A stretch of DNA of 64,000 nt from Malacoraja senta. Lineage: Eukaryota. Below are positions 1 to 10,935 of this stretch, one piece after another. Location of the stretch: assembly GCA_038087875.1 (NCBI GenBank), contig CM075991.1, positions 14,138,001 to 14,202,000 on the forward strand. Reading direction: 5' to 3'. Numbering within the stretch: the first letter of the stretch is position 1; each line of letters opens with the position of its first letter. Both the position numbers and the translations under genes were made by a program. The notes beneath the pieces are model-generated. The model was not told the DNA's origin, ran no database searches, and saw only the letters and a list, made by a program, of their open reading frames with translations.

Positions 1-325
1 CCAACCGTCATAAAAACACAGATTACACAAAACACATGAAACATGAAATTAAAGTGACGAGTGGAACGGCCTGGGGGATGTGCAAAGATTGGGGAAGGGG
101 GGGGGGGGGGAGAGGACAGAAGGGGGGAGGAGTTGTACAGTTTGATAGCCACAGGGAAGAAGGATCTCCTGTGGCGTTCTGTACTGCATCTTGGTGGAAC
201 CAGGCTGTTGCTGAAGGTGCTCCTCAGGTTGACCAGTGTGTGACGGAGGGGGTGAGCTGTATTGTCCAGGATGCTCCGCAGTTTGAGGAGCATCCTCCCC
301 TCCAGGACCATCTCCAGTGAATCCA
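1..325 (-). mobile_element. Rex1/Babar LINE 3' fragment
   Basis: Minus-strand translation LDSLEMVLEGRMLLKLRSILDNTAHPLRHTLVNLRSTFSNSLVPPRCSTERHRRSFFPVAIKLYNS resembles the Rex1 RT C-terminus. A homologous copy lies at 58050-58425. Confidence 0.8.
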
Positions 326-339
326 ACCCCGCCCCGAAC

Positions 340-502
340 ATAGAACTGCAGATGCTGGTTTATACCAAAGATGGGCACGAAGCGCTGGAGTAACACAGCG
401 GGTCAGGCAGCATCTCTGGAGAAAAGTGGACGGGTGACGTTTTTCTCCAGAGGTGCCGCCTGACCCGCAGAGTAACTCCAGCACATTGTGTCTATCTTTG
501 GA
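340..502. mobile_element. Penelope-derived fold-back fragment
   Basis: gaactgcagatgctgg...gagtaacacagcgggtcaggcagcatctctggag is followed by its inverted copy. Confidence 0.75.
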
Positions 503-549
503 GAACATTTCTCTTCAGCTGTCCCAGTGGCAATTTTCAGCATCCATTG

Positions 550-628
550 AGAAACATAGAAAATAGGTGCAGGAGTAGGCCATTCGGCCCTTCGAGCCTG
601 CACCGCCATTCACTGTGATCATGGCTGA
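550..628 (-). mobile_element. CR1 3' tail
   Basis: Reverse complement of ggtgcaggctcgaagggccgaatggcctactcctgcacctattttctatgtttc. Confidence 0.85.
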
Positions 629-782
629 AAACATCCAGAATCAACACCCTATTGTTCACCCGCTGAGTTGGCCAGTGATACAAATTGCTCACAAATGGAG
701 CATTTATGAAGAAAATACAGCCTTTCGAGAGACATTCAGATACTTATAGTGCATTCTGTGTGGTTACCAGGGATCTGTAAGT

Positions 783-983
783 GTTTAAGAAAGAACTGCA
801 GATGCTGGAAACATCGAAGATAGATAAAAATGCTGGAGAAACTCAGCGGGTGAGGCAGCATCTATGGAGCGAAGGAATAGGTGGCGTTTTGGGTCTTGAT
901 CCAAAACATCACCCATTTTTATTTTTCCCTCCAGAGATGCTGCCTGACCCGCTGAGTTACCCCAGGACTTTGTGTCTATCTTC
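783..983. mobile_element. Penelope-derived palindrome with arms from two subfamilies
   Basis: Left arm gagaaactcagcgggtgaggcagcatctatggagcg; right arm ccagagatgctgcctgacccgctgagttac. Flanking direct repeat tctgtaag. Confidence 0.75.
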
Positions 984-1550
984 TCTGTAAGGTGTGTATC
1001 CCGTGATTTAGTCGGGGTTGGGGGGGGGGTGGGGAAATCATCGACAGAAAATAAAAGTCCAACGCTCTGTGAGAGGAGAGACGCAACCTTTCCCATCGTG
1101 CGTGTTGGTAATATTCCCAGTTCCCGAGCTGACGTTCCCATTAGGTGTACAGCTCCCAGGCAATGCCTTCCTTGCACTCACCAGGATCTTTTAAGAGGCA
1201 TTCTCAGGGTTTTCAGAGAAGCACCATTGGTACTCTGTTATTATGCATCGGCTTGTACATAACGACATTAGAAAGTTCAATTCCATTTATAACAAGGAAG
1301 TTCCTTGGTAATCATTCCCACATGCATTCTTTCAATGTTGCTTCCACTGGCTGACGCCACTTCTCAATTATAATCAGATGGGCCCCTTTCAAGACGCCTT
1401 TTGTTCAGACAGCTAAGGCAGTCTGCTCACCGTAAGGCTGCATGTTCTGTACCATGAATAGGCTGAAGATGAATATGTTCCTCTTTCTGAAATAGAGGGG
1501 GCTCATCTCTATTGATCTCGGCGTCAGAAGCAAACGTGCTTGGGTCAATG

Positions 1551-1781
1551 TTTACGAAGGAACTGCAGATGCCGGAAAATCGAAGGTAGATAAAAATGCT
1601 GGAGAAACTCAGCGGGCGAGGCAGCATCTATGGAGCGAAGGAAATAGGCAACGTTTCGGCCCGAAACCCGTTGGGTTTCGGCCCGAAACGTTGCCTATTT
1701 CCTTCCAAAACGTTGCCTATTTCCTTCGCTCCATAGATGCTGCCTCACCCGCTGAGTTTCTCCAGCATTTTTGTCTACCTC
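1551..1781. mobile_element. Penelope-derived palindrome with 16-bp TSD
   Basis: Inverted arms meet at tttcggcccgaaac. Flanks are cgtgcttggg(t/c)caatg at 1535-1550 and 1782-1797. Confidence 0.8.
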
Positions 1782-1989
1782 CGTGCTTGGGCCAATGGCT
1801 GTTTGCTTTCCCGTATTTTCCTTGGAATTTTTCGACTTCCATAACGGGTGGCAGTGGCTAACACAACATCCTCAGGCCTTACGAGTCCGTCATAGTCAGC
1901 ATTTTCTTTGCCCACTCGAAACCCTCGGAATTGGCAGGTTTGCTGACTTGCTCCTGAGTACCAAACCTGCTGGTACAGTGGTTAAGTCT

Positions 1990-2200
1990 CCAGACTAGGA
2001 ATCCAGAGGTCGGAATAACAAACCCCAGATTTCAAACCCCATCCTCGTCTCTGTTGAATTTAAATGTGTTTAATAACCAGCAACAAGAGAAATGAAACCT
2101 AGTCACAGCGCAACAGTAATGGTCATAGAAGTAACCGCGCCTGCCTTGTTTCATCTGCTTCACCCATTTGTTTCAGGAGAAGAACTCTTGTCCTTCATGT
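1990..2200 (+). mobile_element. Old degenerate elasmobranch SINE remnant
   Basis: gactaggaatccagagg...ttcaaacccca...gaatttaaat resembles a remembered shark SINE consensus and is heavily decayed. Confidence 0.4.
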
Positions 2201-2249
2201 AACAGTCAGAACCTTTTTTCCAAGGATGGAAAAAAAAAGGCCATGACTG

Positions 2250-2520
2250 TAGGGCACAGCTTCAAGGTGAGAGGGGCAACGTTTACAGGGGATGTGTGGG
2301 TCACCGAGGGTGGCGCTTGCCTGGATCGTGCTGCCGGGGGTCGTGGTGGAAGCGGGTTTGAGAGGCTTTTGGACAGGCACATGGTTATGCAAGGAATGGA
2401 GGGATATGGATTATGTGCCGGCCGTTGGCGTGCAGAGTTGGTCGTGGCATCCTGTTCGGCACAAACATTGTGGGCTGAAGGGCCTGTTCTTGTGCTGTGC
2501 TTTTCTAAGTTGTATGTGTT
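2250..2520 (+). mobile_element. Older CR1 3' fragment
   Basis: agggcacagcttcaaggtgagagggg (GHSFKVRG) through the tail tgggctgaagggcctgttc. Confidence 0.75.
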
Positions 2521-2535
2521 CCATGCCCAGAAGGG

Positions 2536-2832
2536 CGACACGGTGGCGCAGCGGTAGAGTTGCTGCCTTACAGCGCTTGCAGCGCCAGAGACCGACAATG
2601 GGTGCTGTCTGTACGGAGTTTGTACGTTCTCCCCGTGAATGCGTGGGTTTTCTCCGCGATCTTCGGTTTCCTCCCACAGTCCAAAGAGGTACAGGTTTGT
2701 AGGTTGATTGGCTTGGTGTACGGTTAAATTGTCCCTAGTGTGTGTAGGGTAGTGTTGATGTGTGGGGATCGCTGGTTGGTGTGGACTCAGTGGGCCGAAG
2801 GGCCTGTTTCTGTGCTGGGTCTCTAAATTAAA
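2536..2832 (+). mobile_element. tRNA-derived V-SINE (HE1-like)
   Basis: A-box head ggtggcgcagcggtagag, V-domain gtttgtacgttctccccgtg, and CR1-type tail gggccgaagggcctgtttc. Confidence 0.85.
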
Positions 2833-2959
2833 CACATAATGACTGTGAGATGACTTTAGGAAGCGTTCAGTCCTGAGACAATTAGTGTTGGGCAGCAAAT
2901 GTGGGTTGTATCAATGAGGCCTAGATTGTGGACAAATGAAGACCCGAAAAAAGGCCCAG

Positions 2960-3280
2960 TCTAGATTAGTTTGGTTTAGTTTAGAGATTCAGCACGAAAA
3001 CAGGCTCTCTGGCCCACCGTGTCCACACTGACCAGCGATCCCCGCACATTAACACTACCCTACACACACGAGGGACAATTTACACTTATACCAAGCCAAT
3101 TAACCTACAAACCTGTACGTCTTTGGAGTGGGGGAGGTAACCGAAGATCTCGGAGAAAACCTACGCAGGTCACGGGGGGAACGTACAAACTCCGTACAGA
3201 CAGCACCCGTGGTTGGGATCGAACCTGCATCTCTGGCGCTGTGAGGCAGCAACTCTACAGCTGCGCCACTGGGCTGCCCA
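2960..3280 (-). mobile_element. V-SINE (HE1-like)
   Basis: Full reverse-complement copy with B box (ggttcgatccc) and (aaact)n tail. Confidence 0.85.
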
Positions 3281-3297
3281 GATGACTTTACCCACAT

Positions 3298-4040
3298 GGG
3301 TGGCGCTTCGATGGCTGCCTCGCCTACAGTCTGTCTGTCCTTTTCGTCTTTATTTTGATATTTTTGGTGTGTATAAAAACTTTGTGTTAATGTTCTCTGG
3401 TTTGTTTTATGTGGGGGGTGGGGGGAGGGGGGTCGGGGGAAACTTTTTTTCAATCTCTTACCGTGCCGGAGATGCGATTGTTTTCCGGGTCGTATCTCCG
3501 GTCGTTCTGCGGCCTAACATCGTGGAGCTGGAGGCCTCGCTCGGGACTGACTTTGAGCCCCACCGCGGGGCCGTGGACTTACCATCGGAGCCGATTCCTT
3601 GCCTGGGATCGAGGCTCCAACCACAGCCTGCGGACTTTAACATCAAGGAGCTCGCAGTCTCGGGTTGAGACCGACGTCGGGAAGCTCCAAAACCGCATGA
3701 TGTTCGAGTAGCCTCGACCCGGGGTAGATCGCCCGGCACGGGGGAGCTGAGATTCCCCCCCGATGCAGGAGTTTGATCGCTCCGACGAGGAGGCCCACCG
3801 CCGGCTACGGGAGTAAGATCGTCCCTTCAACGGAAGGTTAGGGGCCCCCGACCGCTGGAGGACCAAGAAGGGAAGAGATTGAACAGTGAGGAATGTGGAG
3901 GAGTCACTGTGGTGGATGTTTATGTTAAAATGTATTTTGTGTGTTCTGTTGCTTTTTATTAATATATCTGTATGGCAAATGAAATTCTGATTATGTTGCA
4001 AAACATACTTGGCTAATACAGTATGATTATGATTATGATT
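3298..4040 (+). mobile_element. Unclassified non-coding retroposon, family A (Rex1-like tail)
   Basis: Head ggtggcgct..ggctgcctcgcctacagtc, GC-rich core with repeated taacatcgtggagc, and tail gtggtggatgttt...(attatg)n. Three more copies occur in the window. Confidence 0.65.
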
Positions 4041-4271
4041 CTCCCTCAATCTACTTTTGTGCAGTTGACTGACTGATAATTAATATTTCTCTGCAGGAGG
4101 AGCTTCCACTGCCTGTTTATTAGCTGTTTGGGATATGAATGTCTAGATGCAGTTATGAGTGCTGGAATTCTGGCCTAACCAAACCACTCAATCTCAATTG
4201 AACTCGACATAGAACTGATTCAACATAAACCTCATTCATTTATTAACCTAAAAATTAAACATTCCCAGTTG

Positions 4272-4895
4272 AAACAAGGACCTGCAGATGTTGGTTTAAA
4301 TAAAAAGATACAAAGTGCTGGAGTAACTCAGCGGGTCAGGCAGCATATCATGGATAGGTTACGTTTCGGGTTATGATCCTTTTTCAGTCTGTCTGTAGAA
4401 AGGTCCTGACCCAAAACACAACCTATCCATGTTCTGTGTGGGAAGGAACCGCAGGTGCTGGTTTACACTGAAGATAGACACAAAATGCTGGAGTATAAGT
4501 ATGGAGGAAGAATGGAGTTTACAGCAGAGATAGATAGATTCTTGATTAGTGCAGGTGTCAGGAATTATGGGGAGAAGGCAGGAGAATGTGGTTAGGGGGG
4601 AGAGATAGATCAGCCATGATTGAATGCGGAGTAGACTTGATTGTCCAAATGGCGTAATTCTGCTGCTATCACCTATGACCAAATGAACTTCTGAGTGTGG
4701 AGTCCCCCTGAGTTACTCCAGCATTTTGTGTTTATCCATGTTCTGCAGAGATGCTGCCTGACCCGCTGAGTTACTCCAGCATTTTGTGTTTATCCATGTT
4801 CCGCAGAGATGCTGCCTGACCCGCTGAGTTATTCCAGCACTTTGTGCCTTTTTCAGAATTTCCGGCGTTGTGCTTGTATTTCGGACTTCCAGCAA
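4272..4895. mobile_element. Cluster of Penelope-derived ends with a nested CR1 tail (about 4505-4680)
   Basis: Repeated agatgctgcctgacccgctgagttactccagca units, including a local tandem duplication. Confidence 0.7.
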
Positions 4896-5399
4896 CCACA
4901 GTGTTTTGATTGCCCATTATCTGTAAATCTTGTTGGATACATCTCCTGTTATAAATTGTGAAGTGCTTCCTCTATTCACTGTTTTTGATTGTCAGCCACT
5001 TCCGTTGAACTTAGTTCCTCTGCTGAAAGTGCTGACTCCTGCCTTTTGCTCCGTTCCAAGTGCTCATGTCTGTGCCAGCGAGTCTCAGCAGTGCAGTCGA
5101 TAAACTCCTAATGGCCAAGTCAAAGAGGATGCACTGGTTAAAAAAAAAACCCGGAAGCAATTGGAACAGTTCCAGGAAAGATGGATTCCAGCCACGATCG
5201 GGGAAGATAGAGGTGTTCGTTCTGCAGTAAAGTAAGTTGAGAAAGACATTGGATAGAGAGAGGTGAGCAAATGCCAAATGCTGGAGGGACTCAACAGGCC
5301 AGGCAGCATCCGCGGAGGAAGATGGACAGATTTGTTTCTGGTTGGGACCCAATCCAGATGGTGGTGACATCTGCAATGGGTCTTTATGGCGACTTTTGA

Positions 5400-5568
5400 A
5401 ATAGACAATAGACAATAGGTGCAGGAGTAGGCCACTCGGCCCTTCAAGCCAGCCCACCATTCAATGTGATCATGGCTGATCATCCCCAATCAGTACCCTG
5501 TTCCTGCCTTCTCCCCATATCCCCTGACTCCGCTGTCTTTAAGAGCCCTATCTAGCTCTCTCTTGAAA
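5400..5568 (-). mobile_element. CR1 3' tail, (ctattgt)n subfamily
   Basis: atagacaatagacaataggtgcaggagtaggcc...ccctatctagctctctcttgaaa. Confidence 0.85.
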
Positions 5569-5623
5569 TGACTCCAAAACCTGCATATGGACCCAGTGGA
5601 CTGTTTCTGTACATTCTGTTCTT

Positions 5624-5942
5624 TTAGTTTAGTTTAGTTTAGAGATACAGGGCGGAAACAGGCCCTTCAGCCCATCGAGTCACCACCGACCAGCGATCCC
5701 CACACATTATCACTACCCTACACACACTAGGAACAAATTAACATTTAATATTTATTCCAAGCCAATTAACCTACGAACCTGTACATGTTTGGAGTGCGGG
5801 AGGAAACTGAAGATCTCGGAGAAAACCCACGCAGGTCACGGGGAGAAGGTACAAACTCCGTACAGATACCACCCGTAGACAGGATCGAACCCGGCACTCT
5901 GGGGCTGTAAGGCAGCAACTCTACCGTTGCGCCACCGTGCCA
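5624..5942 (-). mobile_element. V-SINE (HE1-like)
   Basis: Full reverse-complement SINE copy. Confidence 0.85.
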
Positions 5943-6631
5943 CACAGGGGTAACTTAATCAGGGATTGTATAGAACATATGTATGCCAATACTTTTACTG
6001 AACTATATGCATAATCATAATTTCACCGTACCTCGGTACACGTGATAATAAAGAACCTTTGAGCCATTGACTGGTGGAGAAGAGGGGAGAAAGCTGGTGG
6101 TGGGAGGTGAGGGGAAGGGATGGGGCAGGAAATGGCATGAAGAAAACAAAGTCCTTGAGTAACTCAGCGGCTCAGGCAGGACAGGTGACGTTTTGGGTCG
6201 CGACCCTCCTTCAGAGATTCTGCCTGACCCTATTTCTGCTGTTTGACATTTCAAATTTATGTATCGATGTCGGACCTGAATTTAATAATAGAATGGATGT
6301 CCATTAGTCATCTGTTCGTAAACCCAAGGCTGCCTGTACATCTCTTGTTAAATAAGGCGAACAAAACTGAACACGGTACTCCAGGTGAGATCTCACCACA
6401 GCTCTGCACTGGGAGAATTTCCACCATTTGTACGCCATCCTCCTTACGATAAAATGGAGACACAATGAACGGCAGATGCCAGTTTACGGGAAAAACCCTG
6501 CTAAGTGTTGGAGTAACTCAACGGGTCAGGCAGCATCTCAAGAAAAGTATGAAGAAGGTTCTCGACCTGATACGTCACCTATCCATGTTCTCCAGAGATG
6601 CTGCCTGACCCGCTGAGTTATTCCAGCACTT

Positions 6632-7203
6632 TCTGCAGTTGTACAGGGCCCTGGTGAGACCACACCTGGAGTATTGTGTGCACTTTTGGTCCCCTAATTT
6701 GAGGAAGGACATTCTTGCTATTGAGGGAGTGCAGCGTAGGTTCACGAGGTTAATTCCCGGGATGGCGGGGCTGTCATACGCTGAGAGAATGGAACGGCTG
6801 GGCTTGTATACTCTGGAATTTAGAAGGATGAGAGGGGATCTTATTGAAACATATAAGATTATTGAGGGTTTGGACACGCTAGAGGCAGGAAATATTTTCC
6901 CGATGTTGGGGGAGTCCGGAACCAGGGGCCACGCACAGTTTAAGAATAAGGGGTAAGCCATTTAGAACGGAGTCTGTGGAATTCTCTGCCTCAGAGGGTG
7001 GTGGAGGCCGGTTCTCTGGAGACTTTCAAGAGAGAACTAGATAGGGCTCTCAAAGATAGCGGAGTCTGGCGATACGGGGAGAAGGCAGGAACCGGGTACT
7101 GATTGGGGATGATCAGCCATGATCACATTGAATGGCGGTGCTGGCTCATAGGGCCGAATGGCCTACTCCTGCACCTATTGTCTATTGTCTATTGTCTATT
7201 GTC
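6632..7203 (+). mobile_element. CR1 (HER1-like) LINE 3' fragment
   Basis: LYRALVRPHLEYCVHFWSP...RGDLIETYKI...TRGH, followed by the 3' hairpin and (tctattg)n tail. Confidence 0.9.
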
Positions 7204-7269
7204 ACTTTGTGTTTTTCTTTGTTCTCTTTGCATTAAGTGAATATTCTAGATACCTAATACATTCACGGG

Positions 7270-7830
7270 CACCTCCTCCAACCTCCTCTACTGTATCCGC
7301 TGTTCCCATTGTGGCCTCCTGTACATTAGCAAAACAAAGTGCTCAATCCGCCAAGGCCTACTGGATCTCCGTTTTAACTCCCCATTCCCATTCCCACACT
7401 GACCTTGTGTGTAGGAAGGAACTGCAGATGCTGGTTTACACCGAAGATAAGACACAAAATGTTGGAATAACTCAGCGGGACAGGCAGTATCTCTGAAGAG
7501 AAGGAATGGGCGACGTTTCGGGTCGAGACCCTTCTTGAGACTGAAGACTCTATCACCCATTCCTTCTCTACAGAGATGCTGCCTGTCCCGCTGAGTTACT
7601 CCAACATTTTGTGTCTATCCACGTTGACCTTTGTGTCCTGGGCCTCCTGCATTGCCAGAGTGAGGCCACACATAAACTGTATGACTCTAATTGCCACAAG
7701 GTCAGAGGTCCTGTTTACTAACGTGACTCCATCTGCAGTCTCTGATGGTGGTAAAATATTTTTGGGAACCATTTAGTGGAACCTCATATTCCGCTTGGGT
7801 AGCTTGTATGAACATTGAATACTATAATAT
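7270..7830 (+). pseudogene. Fragmented Penelope GIY-YIG endonuclease coding remnant
   Basis: LYCIRCSHCGLLYISKTK (GIY-YIG motif), then SHTDL..VLGLLHCQSEATHKL and LIFRLG. Interrupted by a PLE palindrome (about 7408-7620) and a templated insertion. Confidence 0.75.
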
Positions 7831-8121
7831 TAGAACTCCCCCCTCCCCTTTATCCCCCCCCCCCACTGAAGAAGGGTCACCTATCCATGTTCTCCAGAGA
7901 TGCTGCCTGACCAGCTGAGTTACTCCAGCACTTTATGTCCTTTTGTGTAAACCAGCATCTGCAGATCCTTGCTTATACATTCCAGTTATTTTCTTGTATC
8001 CTTGCCAACGTGATATTTTGTTTTCTTTTTACAGAACAAGGTGCTCGACTTTTATGACACACGTTCTGAAGCCCAGTGGTTGGGCTAATGTGGTCCCCCC
8101 GACATCGTAGAACCAAGAAAA

Positions 8122-8555
8122 ACTCTGCCATTACTGCGGGAAATTGCAGAGAATTGTGGACGCAGCTCAGACCATCAAGCAAACCAACCTCTCTTCCATC
8201 GACTCCATCTACACCTCGCGCTGCCTCGTCCAGGCCAGCAGCATCATCATAGACCAGCCTCAACCCAGTCACTCCCCCTTCTCCCCTCTCCCATCAGGCA
8301 AGAGGTACAGAAGTGTGAAAACGCACACCTCCAGATTCAGGGACAGTTTCCTCCCTACTGTCATCAGGCAACTGAACCATCCTACAAACAACTAGAGAGC
8401 GGTCCTGAGCTACTATCTACCTCATTGGAGACCCTCAGACTACCTCTGATTGGCCCTTTCTGGAGTTTATCTTGCACTAAATATTATTCTCTTCATCAGG
8501 TACACTGTGGATGGCTCGATTGTAATCATTTATAATCGTTCCGCTGACTGGATAG
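8122..8555 (+). mobile_element. Rex1/Babar LINE 3' fragment
   Basis: KLQRIVDAAQTIKQTNL.SIDSIYTSRCL...PLPSGKRYRSVKTHTSRFRDSF. Confidence 0.85.
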
Positions 8556-8564
8556 CTGGACAAT

Positions 8565-9037
8565 AGGACTTTTATTTCTTGAAGCGCTGGAGGATGAGGG
8601 TTGATCTTATAGAGGTGTATAAAGTCATGAGGGAAATAGACAGGGTGAATGCACAGAGTCTTTTACCCAGAGTAGGGGAACCAAGTACCTGAGGACATGG
8701 GTTTAAGGTGAGAGGGGAAAGATTTGAGGGGGAACTTTTTCACACAGAGGGCGGTGGGTATGTAGAACGAGCTGCCAGAGACAATAGACAATAGACAATA
8801 GACAATAGGTAGTTGAGGCAGGTGTTCATATATTTCAAAGGTCTTTATTGTCACGTGTACCAATTAAGGTGAAACTCGATTTACAAGAACATTTAAAAGA
8901 TATTTGGATAAGAGCATGGATAGGACAGGTTTAGCAGGATATGGGCCAAGCAGACAGGTGGGACTAGTGTCTATGGGCATCGTGTTGGCATGGGTAAGTG
9001 GGGCCGAAGGGTTTGTTTCGCTGCTGTATGACTCTAA
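8565..9037 (+). mobile_element. Older CR1 3' fragment
   Basis: gatcttatagaggtgtataaa (DLIEVYK) through the tail gggccgaagggtttgtttcgctgctgtatgactcta. Confidence 0.75.
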
Positions 9038-9309
9038 TTGTATGACTTGGTGCTGTGTGACTGCAACATCAGAGGTCCTGTTTACTAATGTGACTCCATC
9101 TGCATTCTCTGATGGTGGTAAAATACTCATGGGAAGTATTTGAAGGCGGAGGAGTTATCCATTCTGCCAACAAATATGTTTCCGTTCCTCCTCCTTCCTT
9201 GCCCGCAACTATCATTAAAAAGACGGATTATCTGGGCTCTCTCTCACATAACCCTTAGTGGAAATTGGCAATGTGCCCTACCCACTGTGTTGCAGCAGTG
9301 ATGACTAAA

Positions 9310-9775
9310 GTTGCTCTGCCCAAGACCGCAAGAAGTTGTAGAGAGTTGTGGATGTGGCCCAGGCCATCGCACAGACCAGACTCCTCACCATTGATTCCAT
9401 CTGCGCTTCACGTCGACCTGGAAAAACAGCCAAGGTCTGAAGAAGGAATCTCGACCCGAAACGTCAACCCATTCCTGCTCTCCAGAGATGCCGCCTGTCC
9501 CGCTGAGCTACTCCAGCATTTTGTGTCTATAATCACAGACTTGTCCCGCCCGGTCATTCCTTCTTCTCCCCGCTCCCGACGGGCAGAAGGTGCAGGAGCT
9601 TGAAAGCTCGCACCACCAGACTCAGGAACAGCTTCTTCCCCTCTGTTATCAGGCTTCTGAACGGTCCTTCCATAAGTTGGGGTACTGTCTGATTCACCTC
9701 TACCCCATTGCGGACATTGGGCTTTGTCTCTGGAACTGGTGCACTACGATACTGAGAACTATATTCTGCACCCTG
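9310..9775 (+). mobile_element. Rex1/Babar fragment with nested PLE end
   Basis: SAQDRKKL.RVVDVAQAI...TRLRNSFFPSVIRLLN. A PLE/HHR piece lies at about 9435-9530. Confidence 0.75.
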
Positions 9776-10360
9776 TTCAGTTTATTATCGTCACATGTAT
9801 CGAGGTATCGAGGTGCAGTGTAAAGCGTTTTGTTGTTGCTATCCAGTCAAAGAAAAGACTATAAATGATTACAATCAAGACTTCCACAGTGTACAGATAA
9901 AGGATGCAACATTTAGTGCAAGACCAAGTCTAATAAAGATGTGTAGGAAGGAACTGCAGATGATGTTTTATATTGAAGATAGACACTAAATGCTGGAGTA
10001 ACTCAGCAGGTCAGGCAGCATCTCTGGAGACAAAGAATAGGTGACGTTTTGGGTCAGAACCCTTCTTCTGACTCCAGAGATGCTGCCTGACCCGCTGAGT
10101 TAGTCCATTTTGAGTCTCTCTCCAATTAAAGATAATTTAAAGGTCTCCAATTAGGCAGATGGGAGGACTGGGCCGCACTCTAGCTGACGAGAGGACGGTT
10201 CAGTTGCCGGATAACAGTTGGGGAGAAACTGTCCCTGAATCTGGAGGTGTGCGTTTTCACACTTCTGTACCGTTTGCCCGATGGTAGAGGGGAGAAGAGG
10301 GAGTGGCCAGACTGCGACTGGTCCTTGATGATGCTGCTGGCCTTGCCGAGGCAGCGTGAA
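9776..10360 (-). mobile_element. Rex1/Babar fragment with nested PLE palindrome
   Basis: SRCLGKASSIIKDQSQSGHSLFSPLPSGKRYRSVKTHTSRFRDSF on the minus strand, with 3' UTR. Confidence 0.8.
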
Positions 10361-10698
10361 GTAGCTTTCCCCTTTGCTCCACCTATTGTATCCATGTTTG
10401 GGTTGATTGTACAGTACAGTGTTATCTGATTTGATTGTATCGCATGTTAATCAAATCTTTCACTGTACCTCGGTGACAATAATGATCCTCAACCTAAACT
10501 TTAATTGTAAAGTTATGCAGTCATAGAGACATAGTCATACAGCGAGGAAACAGGCCATTCAGCCCAACATGCCCACGCCGACCAACAGGCCCAATCTACA
10601 CTAGCCCTACCTGCCCGCACTTGGCTTCTATCCCTCCAAACCTGTCCTATCCATGCACCTGCCCAAGTATCCAAACCTATCCTATCCATGTACCTGTC

Positions 10699-10935
10699 TG
10701 TGATGTTTGGTGGACTGTGTGGGGTGGGAGGACCCCTTGCTCCTCCCATGCAGCAGGTGGCGCTGCACAGGACAAAGGGAGATGTTTTGTATATAGTTTA
10801 TCCTGTCTGTAGACAGTGTGTGTGTGCAGCCATTTTTGAGTTGTCTTGCTGCCAGCATTGAGTAAAGCATTAAAGACTTCTGTTGTAAATTAAAGACTCT
10901 CACGTTTTGTGCAGACCTAGCAAAAGGACACAAAA
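10699..10935 (+). mobile_element. Solo LTR (237 bp) with 5-bp TSD CTGTC
   Basis: Starts TGTGATGT and ends ACACAAAA (CA terminus apparently mutated). Contains ATTAAA signals. TSD at 10694-10698 and 10936-10940. Confidence 0.65.
10750..10765 (+). promoter_or_regulatory. CTCF-like motif inside the solo LTR
   Basis: GCAGCAGGTGGCGCTG closely matches the CTCF core CCASYAGRKGGCRS. Binding is not demonstrated. Confidence 0.4.

Noticed and set aside
2536..2620. tRNA genes at SINE heads
   Set aside because: A and B boxes are present, but they run into the V-domain and LINE tail. No complete cloverleaf is evident.
3298..3345. HDV-like ribozyme at the family A 5' end
   Set aside because: The cctcgc word is not conserved in the 11880 and 32115 copies, and I could not build the nested double pseudoknot.
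8035..8090. Exon after a strong acceptor ttttgttttctttttacag
   Set aside because: No convincing donor and no recognisable peptide.
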